Below are positions 26,685 to 38,148 of a stretch of DNA of 64,000 bases, piece after piece. Below the pieces are notes generated by a model. The model saw only the letters and a program-made list of their open reading frames with translations. It ran no database searches and was not told the origin of the DNA. Every line of letters begins with the position of its first letter. The first letter of the stretch is position 1. The stretch lies in assembly GCA_963845535.1 (NCBI GenBank), contig CAWJSK010000019.1, positions 443,358-507,357 on the forward strand, in the 5' to 3' direction. This DNA comes from an uncultured Spirochaetota bacterium (GTDB taxonomy: Bacteria > Spirochaetota > Spirochaetia > SZUA-6 > Fen-1364). Made by a program: the position numbers and the translations under genes.

Positions 26685-28718
26685 CTAGTCTTCCCGTACT
26701 ACCGCCACCCCGAGAGCCTCAAGTTCCAGCACGCCGTGCACCGTGGCGCCCGTTGTCATTTCACGTCCACTTTGAACCAGATGCACGGATTTCTTTGAGG
26801 TATCATGGTTCAGATAGAAACGGTAGGTTGCATGGTCGGTGCGCCGAACGCAGATTTCAACACCAGGGTCCAGGTCCTCGACAGTTGGGATTCCGGCTTC
26901 GTGGAGCGCCGGCCGGAGAAACGCTCGAAGCCCTCCCCTGTCGAGATAGGTGCCCAAGTAGAACGAAGCGCCCCGACCGAACGAGTTCCGCAGCGCGGCC
27001 GCGGTGCCCGAATAGTAGCGGCCTGAATAGGTAAGGAGCACTGAGGCTCCAGCGTCCGGCGTGACCAGCTCGGCAAGGTGCGCGGCGGGAAATCGTGCCC
27101 CGTTGGCAGAAATCACTTCAACGGGCTCAGTGGCCAGGTAGGAGAAGGTATCATAGTCTTCAACCCGGCCGCCTACGATATGGCGCAGGCCTGCAGGAAG
27201 CTGTTCCTCGTGTACCGCATTTTCCTCGTCCTTGACACTGCTTCGCGCGCCGATCACTGCGATGCCTCCCGCCTGGATATATTCCTGCAGCTTGTCGGCA
27301 AACTGGGGGCTGGACACGTGTTGTGCCGGAAGGATGAGCAGCTTATAGGAACCGAAGTCTCCGTCGGCAGAGACGATATCGGCCACTATTCCCAGGCGCG
27401 ACAGCGCCGTTGCGTAGTCGTTCGCGAGCTGGTAATAGGAAATCCCCTCCATGCTATGAGGCTGTATCTCGAGCGCCCACAAGCTGTCGTAATCATAGAG
27501 AATCGCAACATCGGTTGGGACGTGGCTTCCCGCGAGCTCCGAGCTGAGCGATCTCACTTCGGAGGCAAGCTGCGTGAGCTCCTGGTAGCGATATCCCGGC
27601 TGTCCATGGTGAGGCAGGATCCCGTGCCAATATTGCTCGGTGCCGAAACGGGCGGTGCGCCAACGGAAGAAACTGACGTAATCAGCCCCGTGCGCGATGG
27701 CTTGGTAAGCCCAGATTTTCATCCGGCCGGGTTCTGGAGTAGAATAGAACCGATCCCAGCCTCCCGGCCCCGACGCTTGCTCCATGACCCATACGTTGCG
27801 GCTTTTCAAGCCGCGCATGAGATCGTGGGGCAAGGGAGACGGCGGCTGATGAGCGGTTTGCGGTTGGAAAAACGGGTAGTTGTCCCACGATACCACGTCG
27901 AGGTCACGCGCCAGGTCGAAGTAGTTGATGTCGGTGAACGCGCCCATCAGATTGTGCGTGACAGGTCGTGACGGGCTGCTGGCCCGGATGATATCTGCAA
28001 GTTCGCGATTGAATGAGACCTGGACATCGGAAGAAAACCTGAAAAAGTCGAGCAGGAGTCCGGGATTTTGTCCGGCCATGCCCCTTCGATCAGCGGTGTC
28101 GCGGGGCAGTGAGATTTCGGAGAAGTCATTGTATTGCTGGCTCCAGAATGCCGTACCCCATGCCTCGTTAAGGCGGCCGATGTCTTTGAATCGACGCGAC
28201 AGCCATGATTGAAAGGCGCGCTCGCAATGGGCGCAATAGCATCTGGCGGTTCCGTGGCATCCGAGCTCGTTGTCCGTTTGCCATGCAACCACGCCCGGAT
28301 GGCACCCGAAATGCTTCGTAACAATCTCGGTGATCTCGAGGGCATGCCGACGGTAGCCAGGATGATTCTTGCAGGCATCCTGGCGCTGACCGAACTCTTT
28401 GATCTGTCCGTTGCTCTTGATCTGGTGGATGTCCGGAAACTTCCGGTGCAGCCAGGCCGGATACGTAGGCGTCGGTGTGCAGAGGATGGCTGAAAGCTTA
28501 TGATGAGCCAGCACTGCAAGGACGCGCTCGAGCCAACCGAACTCAAGCCTTCCTTCGACTGGTTCGAACATGTGCCAGGCGAACTCCGCAAGGCGGACCG
28601 TCGCAATGCCGGCTCGTACCATGAGCTCTGCATCAACCTCCCAGCGGGTTTCCGGCCACTGCTCGGGGTAATACGCTACGCCGAGATGAAGGCGTGGACC
28701 GTCACTGGCCTTTGTCAT
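26685..28718 (-). CDS. Glycoside hydrolase family 42 (beta-galactosidase / alpha-L-arabinopyranosidase-like)
   Basis: GVAYYPEQW, AEFAW, TPT..PAW, DNE acid/base, CYC..C Zn site, SWDNYP, VMEQ nucleophile. Confidence 0.93.
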   Translation of the reverse strand: MTKASDGPRLHLGVAYYPEQWPETRWEVDAELMVRAGIATVRLAEFAWHMFEPVEGRLEFGWLERVLAVLAHHKLSAILCTPTPTYPAWLHRKFPDIHQIKSNGQIKEFGQRQDACKNHPGYRRHALEITEIVTKHFGCHPGVVAWQTDNELGCHGTARCYCAHCERAFQSWLSRRFKDIGRLNEAWGTAFWSQQYNDFSEISLPRDTADRRGMAGQNPGLLLDFFRFSSDVQVSFNRELADIIRASSPSRPVTHNLMGAFTDINYFDLARDLDVVSWDNYPFFQPQTAHQPPSPLPHDLMRGLKSRNVWVMEQASGPGGWDRFYSTPEPGRMKIWAYQAIAHGADYVSFFRWRTARFGTEQYWHGILPHHGQPGYRYQELTQLASEVRSLSSELAGSHVPTDVAILYDYDSLWALEIQPHSMEGISYYQLANDYATALSRLGIVADIVSADGDFGSYKLLILPAQHVSSPQFADKLQEYIQAGGIAVIGARSSVKDEENAVHEEQLPAGLRHIVGGRVEDYDTFSYLATEPVEVISANGARFPAAHLAELVTPDAGASVLLTYSGRYYSGTAAALRNSFGRGASFYLGTYLDRGGLRAFLRPALHEAGIPTVEDLDPGVEICVRRTDHATYRFYLNHDTSKKSVHLVQSGREMTTGATVHGVLELEALGVAVVRED

Positions 28719-28784
28719 GATGTGCCGCCTCCCTCGATCGTTCTTTCATACCCATCTGTGGACGGTGCGCACCGTGTGGTGCGG

Positions 28785-29696
28785 TCACGCCTTTATGCTC
28801 CCTGTGGCAATTCCTGCCGCGATATGTTTCCGCAAGAACGGGAACAGAATAGCCATCGGCAGGACTGAAAGCGCTGAGCCGAGGATTATCAGCGGATAAG
28901 GAGGAATGCCGGTGGCCGGATTGATGAGCTTGGAAACCCACATTTGGAGCCCCAGAGTGGCGGGAAAGAGTCTGGAGCTGCTCAAGACCAGAAGGGGCAG
29001 AAAGAAATTGTTCCACGAGGATATGAAGCTTATCAGGAACAGGGTAACGAGCCCCGGGCTTATGATGGGAATTGCAATACGCCTGAAGATCTGGTAGTCG
29101 CTGGCTCCGTCGATCCGCCCGGAATCGATGAGCTCGTTCGGCATGGTTTCTCCCACGTAGACGTTCATGAAATACACTCCGAAGGGACTGGCAAGCAGCG
29201 GGAGGATGACCGCCACGTAGGTATCCATCAATCCAAGGCTCTTTATCAGCAGAAAGACAGGAATCGTGAGCGTCGCCGCAGGAAGCAAGAGCGCCACGAG
29301 CACCATGAACCTGACTGCATCCCGCAGCTTGAACTGGTATTTTGACAGTGCGTAGCCTGCCAGCGCGCTGATCAGAGTCCCCAGTCCAGCGGTCACGGTG
29401 GAATAGATGATCGAGTTGAGATACCACCGCCAATAAGCTCCCCCTTCTTTCTGACCCAGCTCCCGCAGATTGGTTACGAGGCCAGAGAGAGACGACGGAG
29501 CGAACATGGGGGTGTTGAAGAGCTGGTCGGTTGACTTTGACGTCGAAACCAGGAGCCAGAAGAGTGGAAGGATGAAGTACATCGCAAGCAGGCTCATGGG
29601 GAAGAGAATAAGAACCCCAATGACAACCCGACGGCGGGCATACGAGCGGCCGTGGTACAACCGCTGCAAAGCGGAGGAGCCGACTGGGGTGTTCAT
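28785..29696 (-). CDS. Carbohydrate ABC transporter permease (MalG-type)
   Basis: AGYALSKYQF, ELIDSGRIDGAS EAA loop, SWNNFFLP. Confidence 0.93.
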   Translation of the reverse strand: MNTPVGSSALQRLYHGRSYARRRVVIGVLILFPMSLLAMYFILPLFWLLVSTSKSTDQLFNTPMFAPSSLSGLVTNLRELGQKEGGAYWRWYLNSIIYSTVTAGLGTLISALAGYALSKYQFKLRDAVRFMVLVALLLPAATLTIPVFLLIKSLGLMDTYVAVILPLLASPFGVYFMNVYVGETMPNELIDSGRIDGASDYQIFRRIAIPIISPGLVTLFLISFISSWNNFFLPLLVLSSSRLFPATLGLQMWVSKLINPATGIPPYPLIILGSALSVLPMAILFPFLRKHIAAGIATGSIKA

Positions 29697-30619
29697 TTTG
29701 TCACCCCTCGCGCGTCATAGCTGCCATTCCTGCGACGCGCCATCCGTTGTTCCCCCGAGGTCAGGTACAGGAAGAGCAGCGACGCGCACAGCGTAACGAA
29801 CGCCAGGAAGAATGACAGAGTCGCCGAATAATGAAAATTGTAATACGCGAAGGCCATGTTGTATATGTACACATTGGGCGTAAAGTCTGAAGGGACGGCG
29901 GTGAGGCTCGACAGGATGAAGGGCTCATTGAAGAGCTGAAAGGTACCTATTATCGAGAGAATCCAGGTGAATATGATCACCGGTCGAATGAGGGGCAGCT
30001 TTATCCGAATAGCGGTCTGAAACTCGTTGCAGCCATCTATCTTGGCGGCATCGTAGAGCTCGAGCGGCAAGGATGTCAGTCCCGCAAAGTACAGGGTCAT
30101 GTTGTATCCTGTCCATTCCCAGGTCACGATGTTTACGATGCTGAAAAGGAGGTTGCTCTGGGAGAGGAGGTCGGGTGGTTTGCCATGACGAAAGATGCCG
30201 AGCACGGCAAGCAGGGGGTTGAGTTGCGGCGAATACAGAAAGCCCCACATGAGAGCAGCAATGACGCCAGGGACCGCATAGGGGAGAAAGTAAAGGAGGC
30301 GGAAGGTGGCCCTGGCTTTGATGATTGGACTGTCAAGCAACAGCGCAAGGGCAAGGGCAAGAATCAGCATGATCAGAAGTTGCATGACGCCAAATCGGGC
30401 CACGGTGAGGATCGAAGACCAGAAAGATCCGTCCTTGAATGCCGTAATGTAGTTGGCAAATCCAACAAAGGTGCCGCGCCCCGTACGGCCCGCGTACAGG
30501 CTGAGGCGGAAGGCGTAGAGCAGCGGATAGATGAAAAAGCCGAAAAAGAGAACGAGAAAAGGCGCGAGCATTATATAAGGTACGGCTCGGGAACTCCAAG
30601 AGCGCTGGCTGACGATCAT
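29693..30619 (-). CDS. Carbohydrate ABC transporter permease (MalF-type)
   Basis: FVGFANY, FLPYAVP, ELYDAAKIDG, FQLFNEP. Confidence 0.93.
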   Translation of the reverse strand: MIVSQRSWSSRAVPYIMLAPFLVLFFGFFIYPLLYAFRLSLYAGRTGRGTFVGFANYITAFKDGSFWSSILTVARFGVMQLLIMLILALALALLLDSPIIKARATFRLLYFLPYAVPGVIAALMWGFLYSPQLNPLLAVLGIFRHGKPPDLLSQSNLLFSIVNIVTWEWTGYNMTLYFAGLTSLPLELYDAAKIDGCNEFQTAIRIKLPLIRPVIIFTWILSIIGTFQLFNEPFILSSLTAVPSDFTPNVYIYNMAFAYYNFHYSATLSFFLAFVTLCASLLFLYLTSGEQRMARRRNGSYDARGVTK

Positions 30620-30669
30620 CATCAACTCCTGCAAACTAGACCCGCGTCGCTTCCCAACGAAAGGGAAAG

Positions 30670-30698
30670 GGCCCTGATCAAGGGATCAGATCAGGGCC
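30670..30698. repeat. Intercistronic hairpin between the SBP and permease genes (probable mRNA stabiliser or attenuator)
   Basis: GGCCCTGATC-N9-GATCAGGGCC. Confidence 0.55.
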
Positions 30699-30730
30699 AT
30701 GCATAAGCAACGGCAGACTCGCGAAATCAG

Positions 30731-32107
30731 TTAGTCAGCGACCTTGAATCCCTGGCTTCGCGCAAAACCCACTACCTTGTCTTGAAGGTTCTGCAGGGCC
30801 TGGTCGGTTGTGATCTTGCCGCTAAACAGATTGGTAAACTGTACCTGCATCTCGTTGTACACATAGCTCGTCCACGGGCTCCATTCGAAGCTCTTGTCGA
30901 CCCATGGCATCATCTTCGTGAAAATCGAGTTTGCAGTCTGGCCACCAAGGAACGCATTCGGGCCGGCGAAGCTTGGCAGCTTGCCGGAGCTCACCTGAGC
31001 AGTGAAGAGCCCGGATCCTCCCTGGCCGATGTCGGTGGACAGGACGGCGACAGCGTCTTTGTGCGTGTTGATCCATGCTGCAAAGAGAGCGGAAGCTTCG
31101 GGATATTTGGTCTGCGTGGTAACAGCATCCGTCGATCCTCCCCAGTTGCTGTCCACCTTGTCCCCCATGTTCCACTGCGGCATCTCGGCGACGCGCCACT
31201 GTTGCGTTGTTCCCTTCTCCATGTAGGGCTCGATCTCATAGGTTGGGGACCAGGCTGCGCCAATCACGGCGGCATAGGCTCCCTGACCGAGATTATGGCT
31301 CCATTCCGGCGTCCAGGCGTTGGCTACCTGCACATATCCCTTTTTGACAAGCCCTAGCCAGTAATTCATGACCTTCTTGGCTGCTTCGCTCGTGAAATTG
31401 ATCTTCCAGCCGTTCGGCGTGTTCTTGAATGGGAAAACTCCGCCCTGCCACAGCAGTCCGTTGATCTCGCCCTGGTCGTTCACGGCAATGAAGGTCAGGT
31501 ATTTTGTCGGGTCGGCCTGATGAAGAAGCGCTCCGGCGCGTTCGAATTCCGCCCATGTCCTCGGAACCCGGATATGATGCTTGTCGAACAGATCCTTTCG
31601 GTAAATCAGCCCTTCTGGTCCGGCGTCCTGAGGGATTGCATAGAGTTTCCCGTTCAAGAAAACCTGGTTCCACGTCCACTCGGGAAAAAGCGGCTTGGTG
31701 TCGCCAACGTACTGTGAGATATCCATGAGACCGCTGGTCTCAACGAACTGCGGCAGGGCTTGAAACTCCACCTGCACGACGTCCGGAGCGCCGCTGCCTG
31801 CCTGTATTGCGGTAGCGAGCTTTGTGTATTCGGGCTGCCCCTGTCCAACGCTCTTCAGGTCGACCTGAATGCTCGGAAAGGCCTTCTGAAACAGAGGTAC
31901 GAGCTTGTCCGCGTTCGCTATCCATGTCCAGACAGTAATCGAGGCTGGTGTGGAGAGCTCCGGCCACACTGGTTCGCTATAGCCGCTCGCATCAGTGTTG
32001 ATTTTGAGCTTCATTGCCTGGGCGGATGCGGCTTGGCCCACCGCCAATAGGAGCAAACAGCCTATGGCAACAAAAAGCACCGTAGAAAGGACTGTTCTGG
32101 TTCTCAT
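30731..32107 (-). CDS. Sugar ABC transporter substrate-binding protein
   Basis: Signal peptide after GAGGAG RBS; AGSGAPDVVQ, YAIPQD, YRKDLF, NWGGS. Confidence 0.92.
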   Translation of the reverse strand: MRTRTVLSTVLFVAIGCLLLLAVGQAASAQAMKLKINTDASGYSEPVWPELSTPASITVWTWIANADKLVPLFQKAFPSIQVDLKSVGQGQPEYTKLATAIQAGSGAPDVVQVEFQALPQFVETSGLMDISQYVGDTKPLFPEWTWNQVFLNGKLYAIPQDAGPEGLIYRKDLFDKHHIRVPRTWAEFERAGALLHQADPTKYLTFIAVNDQGEINGLLWQGGVFPFKNTPNGWKINFTSEAAKKVMNYWLGLVKKGYVQVANAWTPEWSHNLGQGAYAAVIGAAWSPTYEIEPYMEKGTTQQWRVAEMPQWNMGDKVDSNWGGSTDAVTTQTKYPEASALFAAWINTHKDAVAVLSTDIGQGGSGLFTAQVSSGKLPSFAGPNAFLGGQTANSIFTKMMPWVDKSFEWSPWTSYVYNEMQVQFTNLFSGKITTDQALQNLQDKVVGFARSQGFKVAD

Positions 32108-32120
32108 GCCATTCCTCCTC

Positions 32121-32238
32121 ATATTGGTATATGATATTGGTATATGTCCGAGCGATAATACCACCTCCATAGATATTGTCAAGCAAAAAGTTGCCAACTT
32201 GACAGTCACAGGATTGAAAGCTATAAAGCTATACCAAT
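32121..32238. promoter_or_regulatory. Probable operator sites of the AraR-type regulator in the divergent promoter region
   Basis: Perfect tandem 13-mer ATATTGGTATATG x2 (32121-32146) plus an inverted core copy TATACCAAT (32230-32238). Confidence 0.6.
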
Positions 32239-32259
32239 AGGCTATTCTATCTGGTCAAT

Positions 32260-33387
32260 ATGATGACGAAGTACAAACGCGTTCAGGAATGGATACTCGA
32301 AGCACTCGAAAGCGGGAAGTTCAAGGCTGGCGATTTGCTTCCCTCGGAGGGCGAACTGTGCGAGTTGCTTTCAGTCGGGCGGAACTCGGTTCGCACCGCC
32401 CTGAGCAATCTCTCCCACGCGGGGATTGTCGACACAAAGAAAGGCGTCGGGACTTTCTGCGTTGGGGCGCGTAAGAGCGGTACGATGACGGTGGGTTTCG
32501 TTTCCCTGTACTCGCAGGAGTATATCTTTCCTCGAATCGTGCAGGGCTGCAACAACACACTGTCGAAGAACGGCTACCACCTTGTCCTGTCCGAGTCTAT
32601 GGAAGATACGAAAGTCGAGCGCGATGTTTTGACAAAGCTATGGAATCTGAAAGTTGACGGCATTATCCTCCAGCCGGCGTACGATGGTCGGGATCCGATG
32701 AACCTGGATCTGCTACGAGATATTCAGCTTTCCGGCATCCCGATCATGCTGATCGACAATTTTTATCCCGGCCATCAGTTCAACGCCGTCGTGATGAACG
32801 ACCGCGCCGGCGGCAGGCTGGCAGCATCCTATCTCTGGCAACGAGGTCACCGTCGAATCGGTATCGTCTATCATAAGAACTACTACCCGAAGATACTGCG
32901 AATGCAGGGAGCGCTCGAGTTCCTTCGGGAGGCCGGACAGACGGCGGCGGAAGATTGGATCATCGGCTATGACAGGAAGAAGAACGCTGGCGATATCAAG
33001 GATCAAATCTCCGAGAGTTTCGCGGAGGCGGCGAAAAGAGGCCGGCCTTTTCCGACCGCTTTCGTGTGCACGAATGATCAGGAAGCAATGGAGCTCATCC
33101 GTGTGGGACGCGACTATCGACTCGCTTTTCCTCGAGACCTGTCAGTCGTGAGCTTTGACAATTCTGCGCTCGCAGATCTTCCGGACCTGCCGCTGACATC
33201 AATCAATCATCCAAGCCAATACATGGGGGCCACGGCGGCGAACCTGCTGCTCGAAAAAGTCAGGGACGGGGGGATTCGTACGAGCACTGTCACCATCATT
33301 GAACCGGAGCTGATCGAACGCAATTCGGTCACCGACCTGAGGGATCGGACTTTCCCAGTCGATCGACTCGGCGAAGGTAGAGCATGA
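32260..33387 (+). CDS. AraR-type regulator (GntR HTH + LacI-type sugar-binding domain)
   Basis: LPSEGEL...VGRNSVRTAL...GVGTF; YIFPRIVQG; VDGII; DLSVVSFDN; LTSINHP. Confidence 0.9.
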   Translation: MMTKYKRVQEWILEALESGKFKAGDLLPSEGELCELLSVGRNSVRTALSNLSHAGIVDTKKGVGTFCVGARKSGTMTVGFVSLYSQEYIFPRIVQGCNNTLSKNGYHLVLSESMEDTKVERDVLTKLWNLKVDGIILQPAYDGRDPMNLDLLRDIQLSGIPIMLIDNFYPGHQFNAVVMNDRAGGRLAASYLWQRGHRRIGIVYHKNYYPKILRMQGALEFLREAGQTAAEDWIIGYDRKKNAGDIKDQISESFAEAAKRGRPFPTAFVCTNDQEAMELIRVGRDYRLAFPRDLSVVSFDNSALADLPDLPLTSINHPSQYMGATAANLLLEKVRDGGIRTSTVTIIEPELIERNSVTDLRDRTFPVDRLGEGRA

Positions 33388-33465
33388 GTTTCGCATCCGT
33401 ATCCCGCGGAAAAACGCGCGTCGTGTTGCGTGCAAGCTGCCTGTTGGCGCCCAGGATCAGCATCT

Positions 33466-34218
33466 TCATAGGGATGTGCCTTCGTTGATCACCCTCAGCG
33501 CGTTCAGTGTACGGGGATAGCCAATAAACGGCAGCAACTGCGTCACCGTGCTGACAAGCACGGCGCGGTCATTGCCGACGGCGAGATTCGCGGCGACGTG
33601 CCCTGCAATCTGGGACTCGCACCCGCCGAGCGCCGCAAGCATCGAGAACGTCAGAAGCTCGCGGATCTTCAGATCCAACCCGGTGCGCGTATAGAAGTCA
33701 CCGAAGCAATTGGCCGTGAGGAGCCTCTGGACATGGGCCTGGTCCCTCGGAGACTCTTTGTGCATCCGGTCGATCCGATCTCCAAAGGCCCGTCTCTGAA
33801 CTTCAAGACCCTTCTCGAACCTCGTCTCGGTCGTCGTTGTGGACTGGTCCTCGAGCGGCAACGCGATCCCCCGAGTCCGCAATGCCGCGTTGGTGGCGTT
33901 AAGAAAGTCGAAGACCCGAGCCATCCCGACGTAGGGAACCGCTTGATAGACGATCTCTTTGACCTCGATCGGCGTCACGCCACCATTGAGCGCGCCGCTG
34001 AGCATGACGCTGTACTCGTTCACCGCCTGGCAGGCGATGATTGCCGCGAGTTGAACCATAAGTCGCGTCCTCTGGTCGAGGACTGACTCCTTCAGCACCT
34101 CGTCGAATGCCCAGTTGTCGAAGACTTCGACGAGCTGCGGATCGGTTCCCGCCAGGGTCGACCTGCGGTTCGCGAACAGCGAGTCGTGATTCCGCTGCGC
34201 CTCTCTGCTGATTGCCAT
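33466..34218 (-). CDS. Carboxymuconolactone decarboxylase family protein (double domain)
   Basis: YQAVPYVG, NCFGDFYTRTGLD, RELLTF, PFIGYPRTLNAL. Confidence 0.9.
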   Translation of the reverse strand: MAISREAQRNHDSLFANRRSTLAGTDPQLVEVFDNWAFDEVLKESVLDQRTRLMVQLAAIIACQAVNEYSVMLSGALNGGVTPIEVKEIVYQAVPYVGMARVFDFLNATNAALRTRGIALPLEDQSTTTTETRFEKGLEVQRRAFGDRIDRMHKESPRDQAHVQRLLTANCFGDFYTRTGLDLKIRELLTFSMLAALGGCESQIAGHVAANLAVGNDRAVLVSTVTQLLPFIGYPRTLNALRVINEGTSL

Positions 34219-34229
34219 GGCTCGCCTGT

Positions 34230-36321
<2,092 letters not shown>

Positions 36322-36381
36322 CGTCTCCTTTATACGTGTTTGCCGTTTGTGGCGTGGTACGTCAAAATTGCGCCCGCCCTT

Positions 36382-36888
36382 TCATTTGGGAGCGAGCTCG
36401 CCGTACCAATAGGCGGCGGTTACTCCGCCGTCCATGAGGAAGTCGCTGCCGGTGATGAACTCACCGTCGGAACCCATGAGGAGTGCGCCAACGGTTGCCA
36501 CCTCGTCTGGTGTGCCGGCGCGTCGCGCCGCAGACACCTCGATCATGCGCCGGTATCCTGCGCCACGCGGCCCGTCGAGCTCGTCCCTGGCAAGCGGCGT
36601 GATAATGATGCCCGGACTGATGGTGTTGAGCCGCGCACCGCGCTTGCCCCAACGAACCGCCTCGGCCATGACGCGGAGGGAGTTCCCGCGCTTCGCGAGC
36701 TGGTACGCGTGAAGGGAATCCGTCACCTGGTCGGGCTGAAGAAAGGGAAGACTGAGCAACTCCTCCGCCGCCGCACTGGCGTTGTCCTGGCGAATATCCG
36801 CCAGCAATACATGCTTGCCTGCACCAACCCGCCTGGCGATCGCTTGACCAATAAGACCTGATCCGATGACGACAATAGTGGTTCTCAT
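36382..36888 (-). pseudogene. SDR oxidoreductase with an in-frame internal deletion (168 aa)
   Basis: GSGLIG Rossmann start and LLADIR...AAAEE jump directly to LLSLPFL...YQLAK; the VD-V and xAG segments are missing. Confidence 0.75.
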
Positions 36889-37152
36889 TGCAATCCCCTT
36901 TACCGAAATGTCCGCGGCGAGCTCACGCCCTGGAGTCCACCTGCTGCCCCCCCGGACAAAGAGAATATAAAGATCGACGAAGCGAGGCGCTTGCCCAAAC
37001 CTACAAGACTTTGACCCAATCCACGAAAAGGCGGCCTGCCCTTTGGGGAGAAGAGGATGACTGGTGTTTTGGACGATTAGGCAAGGAATATGTAAGATCG
37101 TCCTATCCACGACCGCTGAATCACATGTATTGTTCACGAAAGGAGCTAAGTA

Positions 37153-37575
37153 ATGAACTCTTCGTTCGATGCGGGAGACCTTTTTCCGCGCGGCACGGTT
37201 GTCCCGGGCGATCACTTCAAGGGAACCGCATGGCTGGAAATGCTGATCGCCGATCCAGTTTTCAACTGCCCGATTGGCAACGTGACGTTTGAACCGGGTG
37301 CAAGGAACAGCTGGCACAAGCATCCGGGAGGTCAAATCCTGCTTGTGACCAGCGGTTCGGGTTTCTATCAGGAGCGGGGGAAGCCCGCCCGTCGCTTGAA
37401 CCGCGGGGACGTGGTGAAGATCCTGCCCAATGTGGAGCACTGGCACGGTGCCGCCCCCGGCAACTCCTTCTCGCACATTGCCATAACTACCAATCCCCGG
37501 AGAGGTGACGCAGTGTGGATGGAGCCGCTCAGCGACGAGGAGTATCGCGACGCGACCAGCCAGGGACCCGCCTGA
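37153..37575 (+). CDS. Cupin domain protein
   Basis: VTFEPGARNSWHKHPGGQIL, EHWHGA. Confidence 0.9.
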   Translation: MNSSFDAGDLFPRGTVVPGDHFKGTAWLEMLIADPVFNCPIGNVTFEPGARNSWHKHPGGQILLVTSGSGFYQERGKPARRLNRGDVVKILPNVEHWHGAAPGNSFSHIAITTNPRRGDAVWMEPLSDEEYRDATSQGPA

Positions 37576-37625
37576 AACCTCGCGCAAGTCATGGCCCGTG
37601 CCCGACCTCCCTGGAGATGAATGAA

Positions 37626-38141
37626 ATGAAGAACCTGATCGCTTACTTTTCGCGCCAAGGAGACAATTACGTCGGCGGCAGCCTCGAGAATCTGCCTGTG
37701 GGGAACACTGAAGTGGCCGCGAAGATGATTCAGAAGCTGACTGATGCCGACATCTTCCGAATCGCAACCGTGAAGGAGTACCCGACAGACTACACCAAGA
37801 CCACGGAAGTGGCTCGGCAGGAACTGCGTCAGAATGCAAGGCCAGAGCTTTCGAGGGATGTAGACAACCTGGACGGCTATGATGTGATTTTCCTCGGCTA
37901 CCCAAACTGGTGGGGAACAATGCCAATGGCGGTATGGACCTTCCTGGAAAAGCATGACCTCTCCGGAAAGACCATCCTCCCGTTCTGTACCCATGAAGGG
38001 AGCCGCATGGGACACAGCGAAAGCGACATCAAGAAGCTCTGTCCTCACGCCACGGTGCTGAACGGGCTCTCTATCAGGGGCGGGAGCGTCAGGGGGGCGG
38101 AGAAGGAAATCTCGACGTGGCTTCGGGAATCGGGCCTTTGA
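37626..38141 (+). CDS. Flavodoxin (Flavodoxin_4-like)
   Basis: IAYFS, GNTEVAA, GYPNWWGTMP, PFCTHEGS. Confidence 0.92.
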   Translation: MKNLIAYFSRQGDNYVGGSLENLPVGNTEVAAKMIQKLTDADIFRIATVKEYPTDYTKTTEVARQELRQNARPELSRDVDNLDGYDVIFLGYPNWWGTMPMAVWTFLEKHDLSGKTILPFCTHEGSRMGHSESDIKKLCPHATVLNGLSIRGGSVRGAEKEISTWLRESGL

Positions 38142-38148
38142 AAAGGCT

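Noticed and set aside
36889-37926. Long N-terminal extension of the 514 aa minus-strand ORF (apparent SDR fusion)
   Set aside because: Overlaps the real cupin and flavodoxin genes on +; the SDR has its own RBS and ATG at 36888
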